Source: Camelus dromedarius (taxonomy: Eukaryota). From it: a DNA stretch of 64,000 nucleotides. Both the position numbers and the translations under genes were made by a program. Location: assembly GCF_036321535.1 (NCBI RefSeq), contig NC_087437.1:83702001-83766000 (forward strand), given 5' to 3'. The notes under the pieces are model-generated. The model saw only the letters and a list, made by a program, of their open reading frames with translations, was not told the origin of the DNA and did not search any database. This document shows positions 41,081-54,346 of this stretch, one piece after another. Each line of letters starts with the position of its first letter. Within the stretch, counting starts at the first letter, position 1.

Positions 41081-41947
41081 CTTATGAATGCAAAGTAAAT
41101 AGAATTATGATGTTAACATAACTGTGATTTTGCAGATTATGTGTGGTCAATAAGGAGACTTTGTACTTTAACTAAGAAAGTACTAATACAGAAATAAGTG
41201 CTTTCTTTTAAGTAACATGCTGCCAACTAAGAAAGAAAAAAGCAAAATTTATCTTGAGTAACACAAAATAAACATAATGGAAAGTTAGAATCAAGGAATT
41301 TTATAATTTTCAGCAGATATTGTGATAAAGTGATTCTTCCATTTTGTTTTGATCTTTAAAATACAAGGCATAGGGTTACTCGTTATAATTAAAAAAAATT
41401 CTGAACAGTAACTGCCATTATACGTATTTTAAATACAATTTATCTCTTAAAACAGATAAGAGTGTGCCATAATTTATCTTTTAATGTTCTTTTTAGGTAA
41501 ACAGAGCCTCATTTCTATAACTGAGAAAAAAGAGGCTTAACATTTTCAGTGTAAGTTTAAGACTGGTTGCTTAGCAATATTCAAATAAGAGAGAGTCCCT
41601 TCTCTGAAACTGAGTATAAAACAATTGTCCACGTGAATGTGTGTCAGATTCAGTAAAGGAAAAGATTTCCTAGCACTTAAATCATAACCAGAAAGGAGAC
41701 CATGTAATCAAATGAGAATAGTCCAAACTCAGTAAATTCTGTGCAGATTGTTAGCCACATATCACTGATTGTATATGTATTGTTAGGTGTGGTTCATAAT
41801 CATTCACCAGTCTCCCCTCCCTGTGTGCCTGGTAGGCTCTGCACAGAATTGTCATGTAAAAGCAAGGCCTCTCAGGCCTCCTCTAGGTCCTATTTTTGTG
41901 CCTTTTTTTCCCTTCTTTCTTTAGTCCACAATGCATACTTCTTGGTT

Positions 41948-42128
41948 TTCATGCCATCAGTACTTAAGGTCCCTTTGCAAACGCTTTGCAAAGGCTTCAT
42001 GCCATCAGTACTTAAGGTCCCTTTGCAAACGCTTTGCAAAGGCTTCATGCCATCAGTACTTAAGGTCCCTTTGCAAACGCTTTGCAAAGACTTCATGCCA
42101 TCAGTACTTAAGGTCCCTTTGCAAAGGC
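41948..42128. repeat. 48-bp minisatellite: three full copies plus one 37-bp copy
   Basis: Unit ttcatgccatcagtacttaaggtccctttgcaaacgctttgcaaaggc starts at 41948, 41996 and 42044 (one substitution in copy 3). The copy at 42092 lacks 11 nt (cgctttgcaaa). Confidence 0.97.
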
Positions 42129-42570
42129 TTGATTTTATTACAAGGCTTACCAAGAAAATCTGCTACTTCTGTTGCTTTTCATGCTGCACTGCCCACTCTT
42201 GGTGTCCACACATCTATCGGTTTTATTACACTTCACTTGTTTGGTTACTCTTGGTTCTCTCTCCGTACAGCCATCTATTCTCAAGAATCCTTTTATTTTT
42301 GGTAATTGGCCTTCCAAGGAACAGAGCCTTTAAACGTGGTAGCTCCATAATCAACTGTGTTGAATACATGCTGAATGAATTGTCTTAGACTTGAAGTGGG
42401 ACATGCAAAAACACTCTTAAGTTGCAGGAAGAAATACTACAATTTCTACTTATGACCACTTGTAAATCTCATCCTTTTATTTACTTTAGTGTATTTTATA
42501 GTGTAGACAATACATTTTCATATATTACATGTATAGGTCTTCTGAATAGGGCACTAAAGGACTCACTAAT

Positions 42571-42762
42571 TGTTGGCAGAGCAATCTCTCTTGTCATATT
42601 CCTTTCTGGTCTGGCCAGTCTGGCTCCAATGGCCATTCTGCTCACCTATCACATGCTGACCAGTTCAGTACATTAGCCAGTACTGGAGTCATACTGGTCA
42701 CTCCATCTTTCCAGCTTGTCTTTTAACTAATTCTTACTGCTCTTTGCTGTGATATGTGCTCT
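42571..42762 (-). other. Disabled counterpart of a human EPHA6 alternative cassette exon
   Basis: With frameshifts, the minus strand gives HSKEQ*ELVK / DKLERWSDQYDSSTG*CTELVSM**VSRMAIGAR / GQTRKEYDKRD. This is colinear with my recollection of the human short-isoform insert HNKEQSELVKEDGLESLCEQCESSSGYGTGLVLMWKRNRRAMGASGQTRKQCDKRD. It is preceded by tttgccaatttag. Confidence 0.65.
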
Positions 42763-43479
42763 CTAAATTGGCAAAGTCACCTTAAAGGAAAATGTCTATT
42801 TATTCTGCCCCTATTTTGTCTCAGAAAGGATAGTTTCAATGCGGCATACTGTTTTAAGAACTATTTTCTTGAAGATTCCAAAAACACAAAACAAAACAAA
42901 AAACACCACTTTATCCATGATGTTGTCCTGTTTTTAAAACCATTTACAAAGCCTCCCTTTCCTCCAAACCCTTTGTGATGCAGATTATAAAAACGTTTAT
43001 AAAGAAACAAGGAAATAGCAATTATACTTACACAGCAAGAGAAAGAATCAGAATAATTTAAGGTAAAAGATATGTTTCAAGAAAGTTATATACAGTTAAA
43101 ACTTTAAAAATGGAATCATACTTTAAAAAAATGTATCAAGAGAGCTTGCTATTTATTTTCATGTTAATGTTTTTATAAAGCAAAGAATCATTTTCATACA
43201 AATGACCATTCTTCTTCTGTATTTTATTTTATAGGGTTTGCTTGTATTGAGGCATATATTCACCAGGCAGTCAAGTTTTATAACTATCTCATTCCTTTTA
43301 ACAGGAACTAGAAAAAGTACATTTACATGAAGTCCTAAAATTTTTATACAAAATTGCAACAGAATGACAAAGTTCAATCAGGCATTATCTTGTTGAGTTT
43401 GAGACAGAGTACCTGTAACCTTTTGTTATAATTTTGCTTTGTAATTTAATGCTATTAGCCAAGCCATTGCTAACAGGAA

Positions 43480-44230
43480 CTCTTGTCTTGATTAATAAAA
43501 CATCTCCAGTCAACTAGTTGTTCAATCTAGAAATATTGGTGTTATCTTTAAATCCTTCTTCATCTTTATAATTTGTATCTAGTTAGTTACTGAGTCATGT
43601 AAATTGTACATTCATGACAATTTTCAGTTTTCTCCCCTTCTCCTTATTCCAACTACCACTGTCCTTATTAAAGCCATATGACCTTTATGGTCTACAGCAA
43701 TAAGGCCCTAACTATTCTCTGTTACCAGTCCTCCTGTCCTTCAAGCCTTCCTTGACACTGTTTCAATAATACTTACTAAAATAGGCATGCATTTTTATTA
43801 TTCCTCTATTTAAATCTATCAATTTCTGTCTCTTCATTACTATAGAAAAACCTTCAAATTTCTTGAATTGTCATCTCACTACCTTCACAATTATTCCTAA
43901 GAAACCTGGCCCATCTTCTTCTCACCCTCATTCCAAACTGTTCACATTTGCATCAGTATGTCCATCCACTTCCTCAAATTGCTGTGTCTTTTTCTCTGTT
44001 TCCTCTATCTGGACCTTTTCTTCTACTGTCTGCCTAATGAAATCTTTTAGTATTTGGTTCAAATTTTATCTTTTTTGTGATGCTTTCCCCAGACCTTTGT
44101 TTTCTGAAACTTCCATATTTCTTTTACAGAGCCTTACAACAATACTTAATGCACTGAATAGCAAAGAAGCATGAGTCTGTCTACCTAGTCAAAGGGGAAA
44201 AAGCTCTTTGAAGGCAAGATGAATGTCCAC
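43480..44230 (+). mobile_element. L2 fragments
   Basis: ctagttgttcaatctagaaatattggtgttatctttaaatccttc; cttctccttattccaactaccactg; agctctttgaaggcaagat. Confidence 0.65.
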
Positions 44231-46101
44231 GCTCATTAGAAAGTCAAGTAATCAGTGTATGATATTTTGCACCCCAGGATCCTTTGAGCAGTTAGATATT
44301 TCTGAGTGTTTTTTTTAAGTACTTGGTTACATTATTTACCATTTGATTGATACCTCAAAATCAGAGACTTATTTCTTAATCAAGATAGAATCTATAGCTT
44401 TTTAGGGGTATTTTTTGGAGTCTTATTCTCTGGTTACCTAATTTGATGTTTAATTCAATAGTCATATTTAAATTAAGACATCACGGTTCCAGGCCTGTCT
44501 GTTTCTATAATCATATATGACTGAACATGCCTAGAATCTGGATGTCAAATCTGACCCAACAAAATCTATATATGCTTCAAGATTTGGGTTACCCTGCCAA
44601 TTTTATTAGTATTTTAAATTTAGTTATGAGCTTCCCATTTAAAAAAAGCAGTTAAAATATTATTTAATAAAGGATTTCAAGTATATCTATACAGGTATAC
44701 ACCAAGGAGCCTCGTAGTTACTTCCTGTACTATTCATTATTTCCTATCTTATTTTGTTCTTTTAGTAGATTGCAATTTTTACAAACTTTGTGTTTTATGA
44801 TACATAATAACTTTAAACATTATTTTCTAAGGTTGGAAATAATACACATAATGGAAAAATCCTACATGAATTGCTCTATAACTCGAAAAGTTGCTTCAAG
44901 TATTACATTTATAAAAAATAAAAGAGGAGAAAATAAAAGCTTTGAGAAAAAAGAAAATAATTATGATATTTTCCAATTAGAAATGGAATTGAAAACAATC
45001 CTTTTTCTAAAATGAACAATTTAGTTTCAAATTTGACAGATTTTTATTTTTATGAAGCTTTTTGGTCAAATTAAAAGATCAATAGATCTTATACCTTATA
45101 TATTAGACTCTGAGAAATTAATTTATCTTCCTTAGAACTGTATTTCTTTCTTGGAGAAAATCATGAAAATATCATCAATAAATTAATATAAAGGATTTTT
45201 ACAAAGCAAACATAGTAAGGGCATAAGATGTTTTGTGCCTAATATTAAATTTTCATCCATTCTAGAGCAGTTGAATACAGTGAAGTTTCAAAAAATCTCA
45301 TAGAAAATGAAATAAAAGAGAATTAATTAAAAGATTTGCCTCTTTTAAAATAATGTGTAAAATCAGAAAAACAGAAGAGAATAAAAACATCTTGGATTAG
45401 TTTTACTGACTTACTTTTCATTGAAGCGGACTATCAAATGAGTCAATGGTGAGAGTTTTGTTTAAAAAAAGAATAATGGTGAAGCTTTTTGACAGGTGAA
45501 GAGAGACTTTGAGGCTTAACTCCTTGAAATAATAATCAAAGAGACAAGTGGAATAAATTGGTTCATGAGTTAAGCTGAGATCATATAATTTACAGAGGAT
45601 AGTTTGGTTCTAAAGTTTTACCTTCTATTCCTGGTCATATATTCCCCAATTACCATTCAGAAAAAGGTTTAAAGTGTATTCCTATGTCTCCAGAGAAACC
45701 TATGTTGTTCATTTTTAAGTATGATCAGATCATTCCATAACATTTGCTATGAGAAAGAAATTGTCATTTTATAACCGCTGTTTTTTCACTATCACTGACT
45801 TAATTGATGGCACCACTGGCCTGTACAAAATGCCATGTAAAGGAGATAATTATCGATGCATCAAAAATACCTCAGGTGAAGGCAGATTTTTGTGAGTGCT
45901 GTCATGACATAGACCTCAAGCATGATGTGACAGTCCCCACACAGTGGAAGAAAGAAAACAGTCAAATATACCAATTCTTTTTAAACCACGCACTCAGATA
46001 AAATGAATACTTCTCAATTAGATAAAGTTGTTAACTTGGGAAAATGATGAATGAGAGCAGAAAATTAGGAAGACAAAGCCAGGATTACTCTAATGACATT
46101 A

Positions 46102-46383
<282 letters not shown>

Positions 46384-46956
46384 TTACATAGATTTTCTTT
46401 ATTGTAGTGTATGTGCATGCACGCAAGCTGTGTGTGTGTATGTGTGTGAACAGTATTAAATAAAAACCTTGAATTTATTGTACTGGATCCAATGAATATA
46501 AGCATCAAGTTTGCTGATCATCGACTATCTTCATAACCAAGGGTAAAAATCTGTTTGAGATTTAAAGGAAAGCAAAATCTAGCTTGAAGTGATGACGGAG
46601 GACAAAGGATAGAGGAGAATCAACCAAATCAACTTCCAGAAAAAAAGATGATTTCAAAACCTTTAAGTTACAAAAGGGAATGAAAATTAAGGAGGGTAAC
46701 AGCAATGACTACTGAGAAAAGAGAATTAACTTTCCATAGTAGCGAGCTCCCAACCAGCTGTACAGGTGGGCAGAAGGGCAGCAAAACCTAGGATTGGATG
46801 AAAGCTGTGTGATAACTGGAAATATGGTGAAAAATGATCACTCAGAGAAAAAGAAAAATTGCATAAACAAAACAAGTTTAGGAAAGTTGTAGGAGAATGA
46901 GGGAAAAAAAAATACGCCAACAGCAAATAACTGGATTTTTCCATTCTTTCCTTATA

Positions 46957-47226
46957 CAGTTGACCCTTGAACAACACAGGTTTGAACCTCACAGGTACAC
47001 TTATATCTTAACTTTTTCAGTAAATACACAGCTGGCCCTCCACATCCACGGCCTCCACCAACCGCAGACCATGTACAATACAATGTTTTTGATCCTCGGT
47101 TGGTTGTTATCTGAGGATGCAGAATCCGCAGATACACGGGGCTGACTAAGGCACGGAAGCACCTGCATATTATTGTACCTGGGGCGGGTCCTAGAACAAA
47201 TCTCCCATGACACACAGGGACAACTG
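46957..47226. mobile_element. Tigger2-derived non-autonomous DNA transposon (MER8/Tigger2a-like)
   Basis: Terminal inverted repeats cagttgacccttg ... cagggacaactg with TA on the left flank; internal gatgcagaatccgcagatacacggggctgact. Confidence 0.88.
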
Positions 47227-47397
47227 TCCAGAACAAATGGAAAGAAAGTTGTTGGCAACTGACTGAAACAGCCCTATTTTAGCTTCCAGTTGGGAAAATT
47301 AAAAGAAATCATATGAATTAACAAGCCAAGAACAGCACTGGTATGTAGTAATCAATCCCTTGACTACTTATGCCCCTCCCTTTGATTTAAAAATAAT

Positions 47398-47642
47398 ATA
47401 TTTTTAAACTTAGGTACAACTGATTTACAATATTGTGTTAGTGTGAGATGTACAGCATAGTGATTTAGTGTTTTAGCAAATCAGATTCCAGTATAGGTCA
47501 TTACAAGATGATGGTATACAGCATTCCCTTGTTGATTACCTATTTTATATACAGTAGTTTGTATCTATTAATCCCATTCCCCCAATTTGTCCCTCACCCC
47601 TTTACTCTTTCATTTGGTAACCATAAGTTTGTTTTCTATATA
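47398..47642 (-). mobile_element. Lineage-specific L1 3' UTR end
   Basis: tgatttacaatattgtgttag...gtacagcatagtgatttag...tttggtaaccataagtttgttttcta; reverse complement of the family at 27545. Confidence 0.85.
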
Positions 47643-48917
47643 GAAATGACTTTTTTAAAAAGGAAAATTTTCCAATTGTCATTATGTAAGGTGTGCATAC
47701 CAATAAGACCAGATACAAATAGTGCAATAGTACAGGTAGTAGAGAAAACGAAAATAAAAATAGTTTAAGTTTGAAAATAATGCATATTCTACTTAGTTAT
47801 TTGGAGATTTTTTGTTATTAATGGGGTTATAGAGAAACACAAAAGATTCTCAAGCTGGTTTTACACATCAGGTAACATTTATTTACGAATGATATTAAAA
47901 ATTAATATCTAGTAAGACACTAGAGGACTTTATTACTTTATACAGTGTGGGAGAAGCATACATTAAGAGTATCTTAAAATTTGCAAAGTTAGAGCAGTTT
48001 TCATGGATGTATGACTTAAAACTGTAGAGTAGCTTAAACACAGGGATGATTTGACCATAGCACAGTGACAGTTTCCTATACAATGATGACTCATTGGTCA
48101 GTTAAAAGAATAAGCTCATACTGCAAACAACTTGAACTTTGTCTTACTATATCAACTTATCTCCCTGATAGCTCTCTGACAGTATTTCCCAACTTAAGTG
48201 CAGAGTAAGGAAAAGAACCCCCTCTTAAAAGAAAGATTCTACAACAAGCATATCCATTTAAGCAGGCTCTTCTGTATAATTAATGTATGAAAGATAACCT
48301 TACAAAGAAAATCTCTGGTGTTATTAGCTCTATGTTTCCACTCTGTCTTCCTAGACAGTTCACTGTTGGATGAGATCTGCCTTTTCTATCATGTACCCTA
48401 CCTACCTCTCCCCTATTAGGAATCTCAAAGCCTTTGAGTAGAACTGAAAGCATAAATTCTTTGGGCCTAGAAAGGATTACACTAAGTTTAAAGAGATGTT
48501 TCCTTTACATATTAGTAATTGAAGTTGCCTGGTATCACAGTTCTTGTCAATACATAATTTCTGTATAGTAGACAGTATTAATGGGTGATCTGTAAACAAT
48601 AAACAAGTGTCTCAGTTTCCTTATCTGTACAACGAGAATAGAGTAATCTAACTCAGTATCGTAGTGAGAATCACATACAGAACACATGGTGCAGCCCATT
48701 TATTTTAATAATAGTTATTATTTAATAAAAACTTATATGTAGTCTTTGTAATTTTAACAAGTCAGAAAACTCTCCTCTCATTTTCCTAAGAAATCAATTG
48801 GCAACACAAACTTCTAGGTCATGAAGAGAAATAGTTACTTAACATCAGGTTGAAATTTAATTTCCTATCTTGTTCTGAGGGTTGTACAAAGACCAAGTTA
48901 TTTCTTTAAAAAAAAAA

Positions 48918-50538
48918 AGACTTCATTTTTTAAGAGCAATTTTAGGTTCATGGCAGAATTAAGAGGAAGGTAGAGAGATTTCCCATATCTCTTCTGCCCC
49001 TACACATGCATAGCCTCCCTACATCCTTTATCAGAATGGTACATTTGTTACAACTCATAAACCAACCTACAATGACAAATCATAATCACCCAAATTCCAT
49101 GGTTTGAACATTAAGGTTCATTCTTGGTGGTGTACATTCTATGGGTTTGGACAAGTTTATAATGACATGCACTCAGTGTTACAGTATCATGTGCTAAATA
49201 TGTATAATATCATATATCAATAACAGTATTTTCACTGCTCTAAAAATCATGTGTTCCACCTATTCATCACCTCTCCCCACTAACCCCTCTGGCAACCACT
49301 GATCTTTTTATGGTCTCCATAGTTTTATCTTTTCCAGAACGTCATATAGTCAGAATCAGTATGTAGCCTTTTCAGATTGACTTCTTTCACTTAGTAATAT
49401 GCATTTAAGATTCCTCCATGCATTTTCATGGCTTGAGAGCTCAATATTTTAGTGCTGAATAATATTCCACTGTCTGGGTATGCAGTTTATTTACCCATTC
49501 ACCTACTGAAGGACATCTTGGTTGCTTCTAAGTTTTGGCAATTATAAAGCTGCTATAAATATCCCTGTTTATAGCATGTTTATAGCAATTTATAGCTGCA
49601 GGCTTTTATGTGGACATAAGTTTTCAACTCCTTTGGGAAAATACCAAGGAGAGAAATAGCTGGATCATATGGTAAGAGTGTGTTTAGTTTTGTAAGAAAC
49701 TGCCAAACTGTCTTCCAAAGTGGCTGTACCATTTTGCATTCCCACCAGCAATGAAGGAGAGTTCTTACTGCTCCACATCCTCATCAAAATTTGGTGTTGT
49801 CAGCGTTACTGATTTTGGCTATTCTAATAGAAGCACAGTGGTATCTAATTTTAATTTGCATTTCCCTGATGACTTATGATGAGGAGAATCTTTTCATATG
49901 CTTATTTGCTACCTATATATCTTCTATTGTGAGGTGCCTGTTAAAGTCTTCAGCCTTTTCGTTATTTTTTTCTTTCCATTGTCTTTGGTTTTCTTTTAGC
50001 TTGCTTTTTTTAAAAGAAAAATTGAAGTATAGTTGATTTACAATATTATATTAGTTTCAGGTGTACAACATAGTAATTCAATATTTTTATAGATTACACT
50101 CCCTGAAAGTTATTAGAAATACTGACTATATTTTCTGCACTATACATTACATCCTTGTAACTCCAGCTTATCAATAATTTCTTTCTTGTATGGTGCCTTT
50201 GGTGTTGTATCTAAAAAGTCCTTGCCATATCCAATGTCATCTAGGTTTTCTCCCATATTGCCTCCTGGGAGTTTAATGATTTTGCATTTCACATTTAGAT
50301 TTGTGATTTATTTTGAGTTAATTTTTGTGAAGGGTGTAACGTTCTGTGTCTGGATTTTTTTTTTTAACATGTGGATGTCCAATTGTTCCAGCACCATTTG
50401 TTGAAAAAACTATTTTGTTCCATTGTCAAAGACCAGTTGACAATGTTTATCACAGTCTCTTTATTCTGTTCCATTATTCCATTTGTCTATTCTTTCACCC
50501 ATACCACACTGTCTTGATGACTATAGTTTTACAGTAAG
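48918..50538 (-). mobile_element. Old L1 (L1MC/L1MA-like) 3' UTR plus ORF2 end, with a younger L1 tail nested at about 50010-50162
   Basis: agagcaattttaggttcatggcagaattaagaggaaggtagagagatttcccata...gaaactgccaaactgtcttccaaagtggctgtaccattttgcattcccaccagcaatg...gttccagcaccatttgttgaaaa. Nested piece: attgaagtatagttgatttacaatattatattagtttcaggtgtacaacatag. Confidence 0.9.
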
Positions 50539-50539
50539 T

Positions 50540-50752
50540 CTTTTTTTAATGAAGTATAATCAGTTACAATGTGTCAATTTCTGATGTACAGCACAATGCC
50601 CCAGTCATGGATATACATACATATATTATTTTCATATTTTTTTCATTAAAGTTTATTATAAGATATTGAATATAGTTCCCTGTGCTATACAGAAGAACTT
50701 TTTCAAAAATCTATTTTTATATATAGTGGTTAACATTTGTAAACCTAGAACT
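50540..50752 (-). mobile_element. Lineage-specific L1 3' UTR end
   Basis: Poly-T then aatgaagtataatcagttacaatgtgtcaatttctgatgtacagcacaatg...gatattgaatatagttccctgtgctatacag. Confidence 0.88.
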
Positions 50753-52049
50753 TGTATTATTAATTGGAGTTATCTAAAAAATAGCTGGCCCAAAGTTTGC
50801 CATAATGACTCAGTCTGAGCTGGTTTGGGCAGCAAAATTTAGCTTAATAAAGCAAAGTATAAAAGAACTTTGAGACCATTAAACCAAAACAAACAACAAA
50901 CAGACAAATAAGAACACTCCAGAGAAGCCAACAAATGAGGGTCTATTTATCTACATCTGGCTGAGAGAACAGTCCCACTTATTCACACATGAGGTATGGC
51001 AAAAATCTGTTTCTCAACAAATGGTGCAGTTCTCTCCTTCAAACAAAATCTACATTCCTCTTTCTAGTCCTTGTCAACATAGCCTCCTTAAGTGTGGTTT
51101 AGGATATATTGGTTTTCTTGAATATGGTGAATGGTTAATAAACGGTGACTGAATTAAATAACCTTTAATATTATCTTGTAGTGCACTGGTTGCTGTCGCT
51201 ACATTATTTCTATTGCCTTGAAGAAAAAAGGCTGCTTTCTCTTTTTTTCAAGGTAGGACACTGGTTTTCTCCTGTTTATTTGTAGCAGTTCTATCACAGC
51301 ATCTACTATACTGCCATGCCTGGTGTCAGCACTCAATAAATATTAATTCCAATTGAATTGAATTGTTTATGAGGGGAGGAGGAAAAATGTGAGAGCTCTG
51401 AGATTTAATATCTTTGGGCTGCCTTCTAGAGATTAATCAAAAAGAAACTGAATTTTTTTTATGACATATGTTTTTTTTCCCAGGAAGGCAGATTCAAACG
51501 AAAGAGAGCGAATGTGGCATATTTGCACACTGCATCTCAGAGCTTAGTAACTGAAATTCAGTTTGTCTTCATTCTTTTTCTTTGCTCTCTCAACCTGACT
51601 GCTAAGAAACAAGGAGCTTAACCTCTAAGTGACAGAGAGGGTGAGTCTGATGGGAAGGTGGCTTCTGAGAGCTATACATAATAATGCCTGCTATTTCCAA
51701 AACCACAGAGCTCCACCAGATTCTCTCTCTCAGACCCTGGAGCACAACGTCCATCAGATCTCAGCAGTCACTGGCATGCCGCATTGTGTCCCCACAGTAA
51801 TGATAGCTCTTAACAATGGCTTTCAAAATCCTGACTTATGGTTGTGCCCCACAAATACTTTAAACTTCTTGGTGTCCATTCATCTTAGGTTGAGCTCAAG
51901 TACTTAGTCTGTGCTCAGGGCAAATGTAGGATTTGAGTGCTATGTTGTCCTGAAGTCATCACATTATTGTCTAACAATGTTTTGGGTTATTTTAAACAAA
52001 TATATTCAAAATTTCTGGAAACACAGAGATTAACCTCTCATTCATTTGC

Positions 52050-53190
52050 TGAAAACCCTTCAGAGACCTTCAAAGACAGAATAAAATATAGTATTCAATA
52101 TAAAGGCATGACCTTTGCATTTATCTCTAGTCTCATATCCTATTCTGATTCAATTTTTGTGTATGTGTATTTAATTCACCCCTACAACATGTTATTTCAC
52201 GTCTAAGGTGGTTTGTTTATACGCTTCCCTCTCCCAGGAATGCCCTTCCAGTCTTTCGTCACCTAAGCTTTTCATGATCAGTATCATCTCTTCTAGGAGA
52301 TCCTGGCTGAATCCCCAAGGTCACTCATTCAAACAAGACTCATTTAACATCTACCATGGGCCAGTCATTGCTCTAATGGCTAGAGTGAAAGTGGGAACAA
52401 AAGAGAAAGGTGTCTGCTCTGGCTGTAACTATATTTAGTTGGAGGCAGGGAGACAGAAAATAAATATTTGAAAAATAAATGAGATACTTTACAATGTAAT
52501 ATAAAATCAGTAAAATGGATGATATGAAAGAGAAAGACATAATGGAGCCTGGGACTAGTTCCCAGCATGTACAAAGGGCTTAAGACAGGAATGAACTTGG
52601 CATGTGCGAGACTTGAAAGCCTCGGAGGCTGGAGCTTGCTGAGGGAGAGGGAGAAGAAGCCCGGAGAGGTGGACAGAGGCAGAATCAGGTAGGGCCTTGT
52701 AAGCCACGGTAAAGCGTTTGAAATCTATTCTAAAAGTAATGAGAAGTCAGAGAAGAATTTTCACTGGGGAGTGATATAGTCTGACTTGTGTATGGAAAAA
52801 GGAAGCAGAGAGATCAATTTGGAAGCTATTAGAGTAACACAGGATAGAGAAACTAGCGGCTTGAGTCAGATTTGAGATCTATTTTAGAGGCACAGCCAGT
52901 GGGACCTGCAATAGATTGGAAGGATGGGGGTGACTGGTCAGAAAAATGGAGGAATAAAGTAGGACCAAGTTTCTCTCCTTGCTCTCCAAGCATCCTGTCT
53001 ACAACAGAACTGGCTAAAACCAAATGCGTATCTGTCTTTCTCTCTCACTCCCCCACTGGCTTAAACATAATCTCATTTCAGGAAATAAATATTCCTTGTC
53101 TTGTTCGTCTTCAAAATCTCCAGATCTAGTACCATGCCTGGCACTCAGGAGATATTCAACGGATAGTCACTGGATTAAACTGAGCTGAAT
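52050..53190. mobile_element. Cluster of L2 fragments; a minus-strand piece (about 52322-52960) lies between plus-strand pieces
   Basis: cactcattcaaacaagactcatttaacatctac...cagaatcaggtagggccttgtaagccacggtaaagcgtttgaaatctattctaa; tagtaccatgcctggcactcaggagatattcaac. Confidence 0.7.
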
Positions 53191-54346
53191 TTATTTTTCT
53201 CTTAATGGAATAAAGGACTTTAAGTTTTTAGTCAGTAGTAGGTTATTTTCTTGAAGCATTTTTCATGGAAATTTAGGTTTACTATAAGAGATTCTCTGAG
53301 AAAATCATGAGTAAATGAGAAATATTGACTGTACTGCAGGCATCTTCACTTCTGAGGGCAAGACTCTGGTTTGACTCAGATTATGACCACCAGATTCTTA
53401 CATTTCTGCTGCAGAGTGAGGAAAAGGGGACTAAATAGATTATACAGATGTCTGCAATATTTCTTTCTAGGTCATCACTGGAGAATTTTAGCAATGTTGA
53501 GCCCACCAACAGAATAGCCTTACAAAATATCAAAGGTCTGTGGGCCACAATATAAATCACTGTCCTCAAACTTTCTTGTTGAAAAATGTACAGTACTCCT
53601 TTGTACAGAGTAAATGATTACTGTGGTGACTCACAGTCCTGAAAACATTAAATATGAGTGATAAAAAATACTATACCTAGCAGATGATAAGCTGCTATTC
53701 TAGAGAAGAGTTGATAAAAATTTCACATCATCATTTAATAAACATTTACAGAGAATTCAATTCACTATGCAGTGTCTTGGTTACCTATAATAAACAAATC
53801 AACTTCCATATTCCTCACAAATCTGGTGCAATAAACACTATTAGATAATGACAATTTATGCTCTAAAATGAAGTAATGGAAGTTTGGTTCATATGTATGC
53901 CAAAAGACTTTTTGGTTTACTAACTATGAGTTGTAAAAAATGGCAACAGCGTTTCAGAACAGAATGACAAAAGTAGAAGGGTTAGCTGCAGGGCTGTAAA
54001 ATTATTATTTCCAAAACACTGATTTGAGCTATAATATGCTACGCAGGAAATGTACTAATTTACTACGTGGTTTACACACGATTGAAGTATACAAACAGTG
54101 GACACTTTGTAAACTTCTCATCCCCTTACTTCTGTGTTGCTTGAGGGCTATTGTGAGAAAACTGCATGTTGGAAAAAACACATTGGTTTCTTAAGACACA
54201 GAAGATGAGAATCTATGAAGAGCCGCAACAACAGAAAGGAGTGGACCTCTGCGTTCCTAATTGCTCTTCAGCCTCATTCGGCCTGAATGTTCTCATTTCT
54301 TTTTGGTTTGCTACCTGAAGTTCCATTATTAAATCTCGATTTGGGC

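Noticed and set aside
41948..42128. Palindromic direct repeats suggestive of a CRISPR array
   Set aside because: The units are contiguous with no unique spacers, there are no cas genes, and the context is a mammalian intron.
41741..42388. 215-aa ORF (and overlapping ORFs) with a repeated FMPSVLKVPLQTLCKG
   Set aside because: It is open because the stop-free 48-bp repeat is a multiple of 3; it has a GTG start and resembles no known protein.
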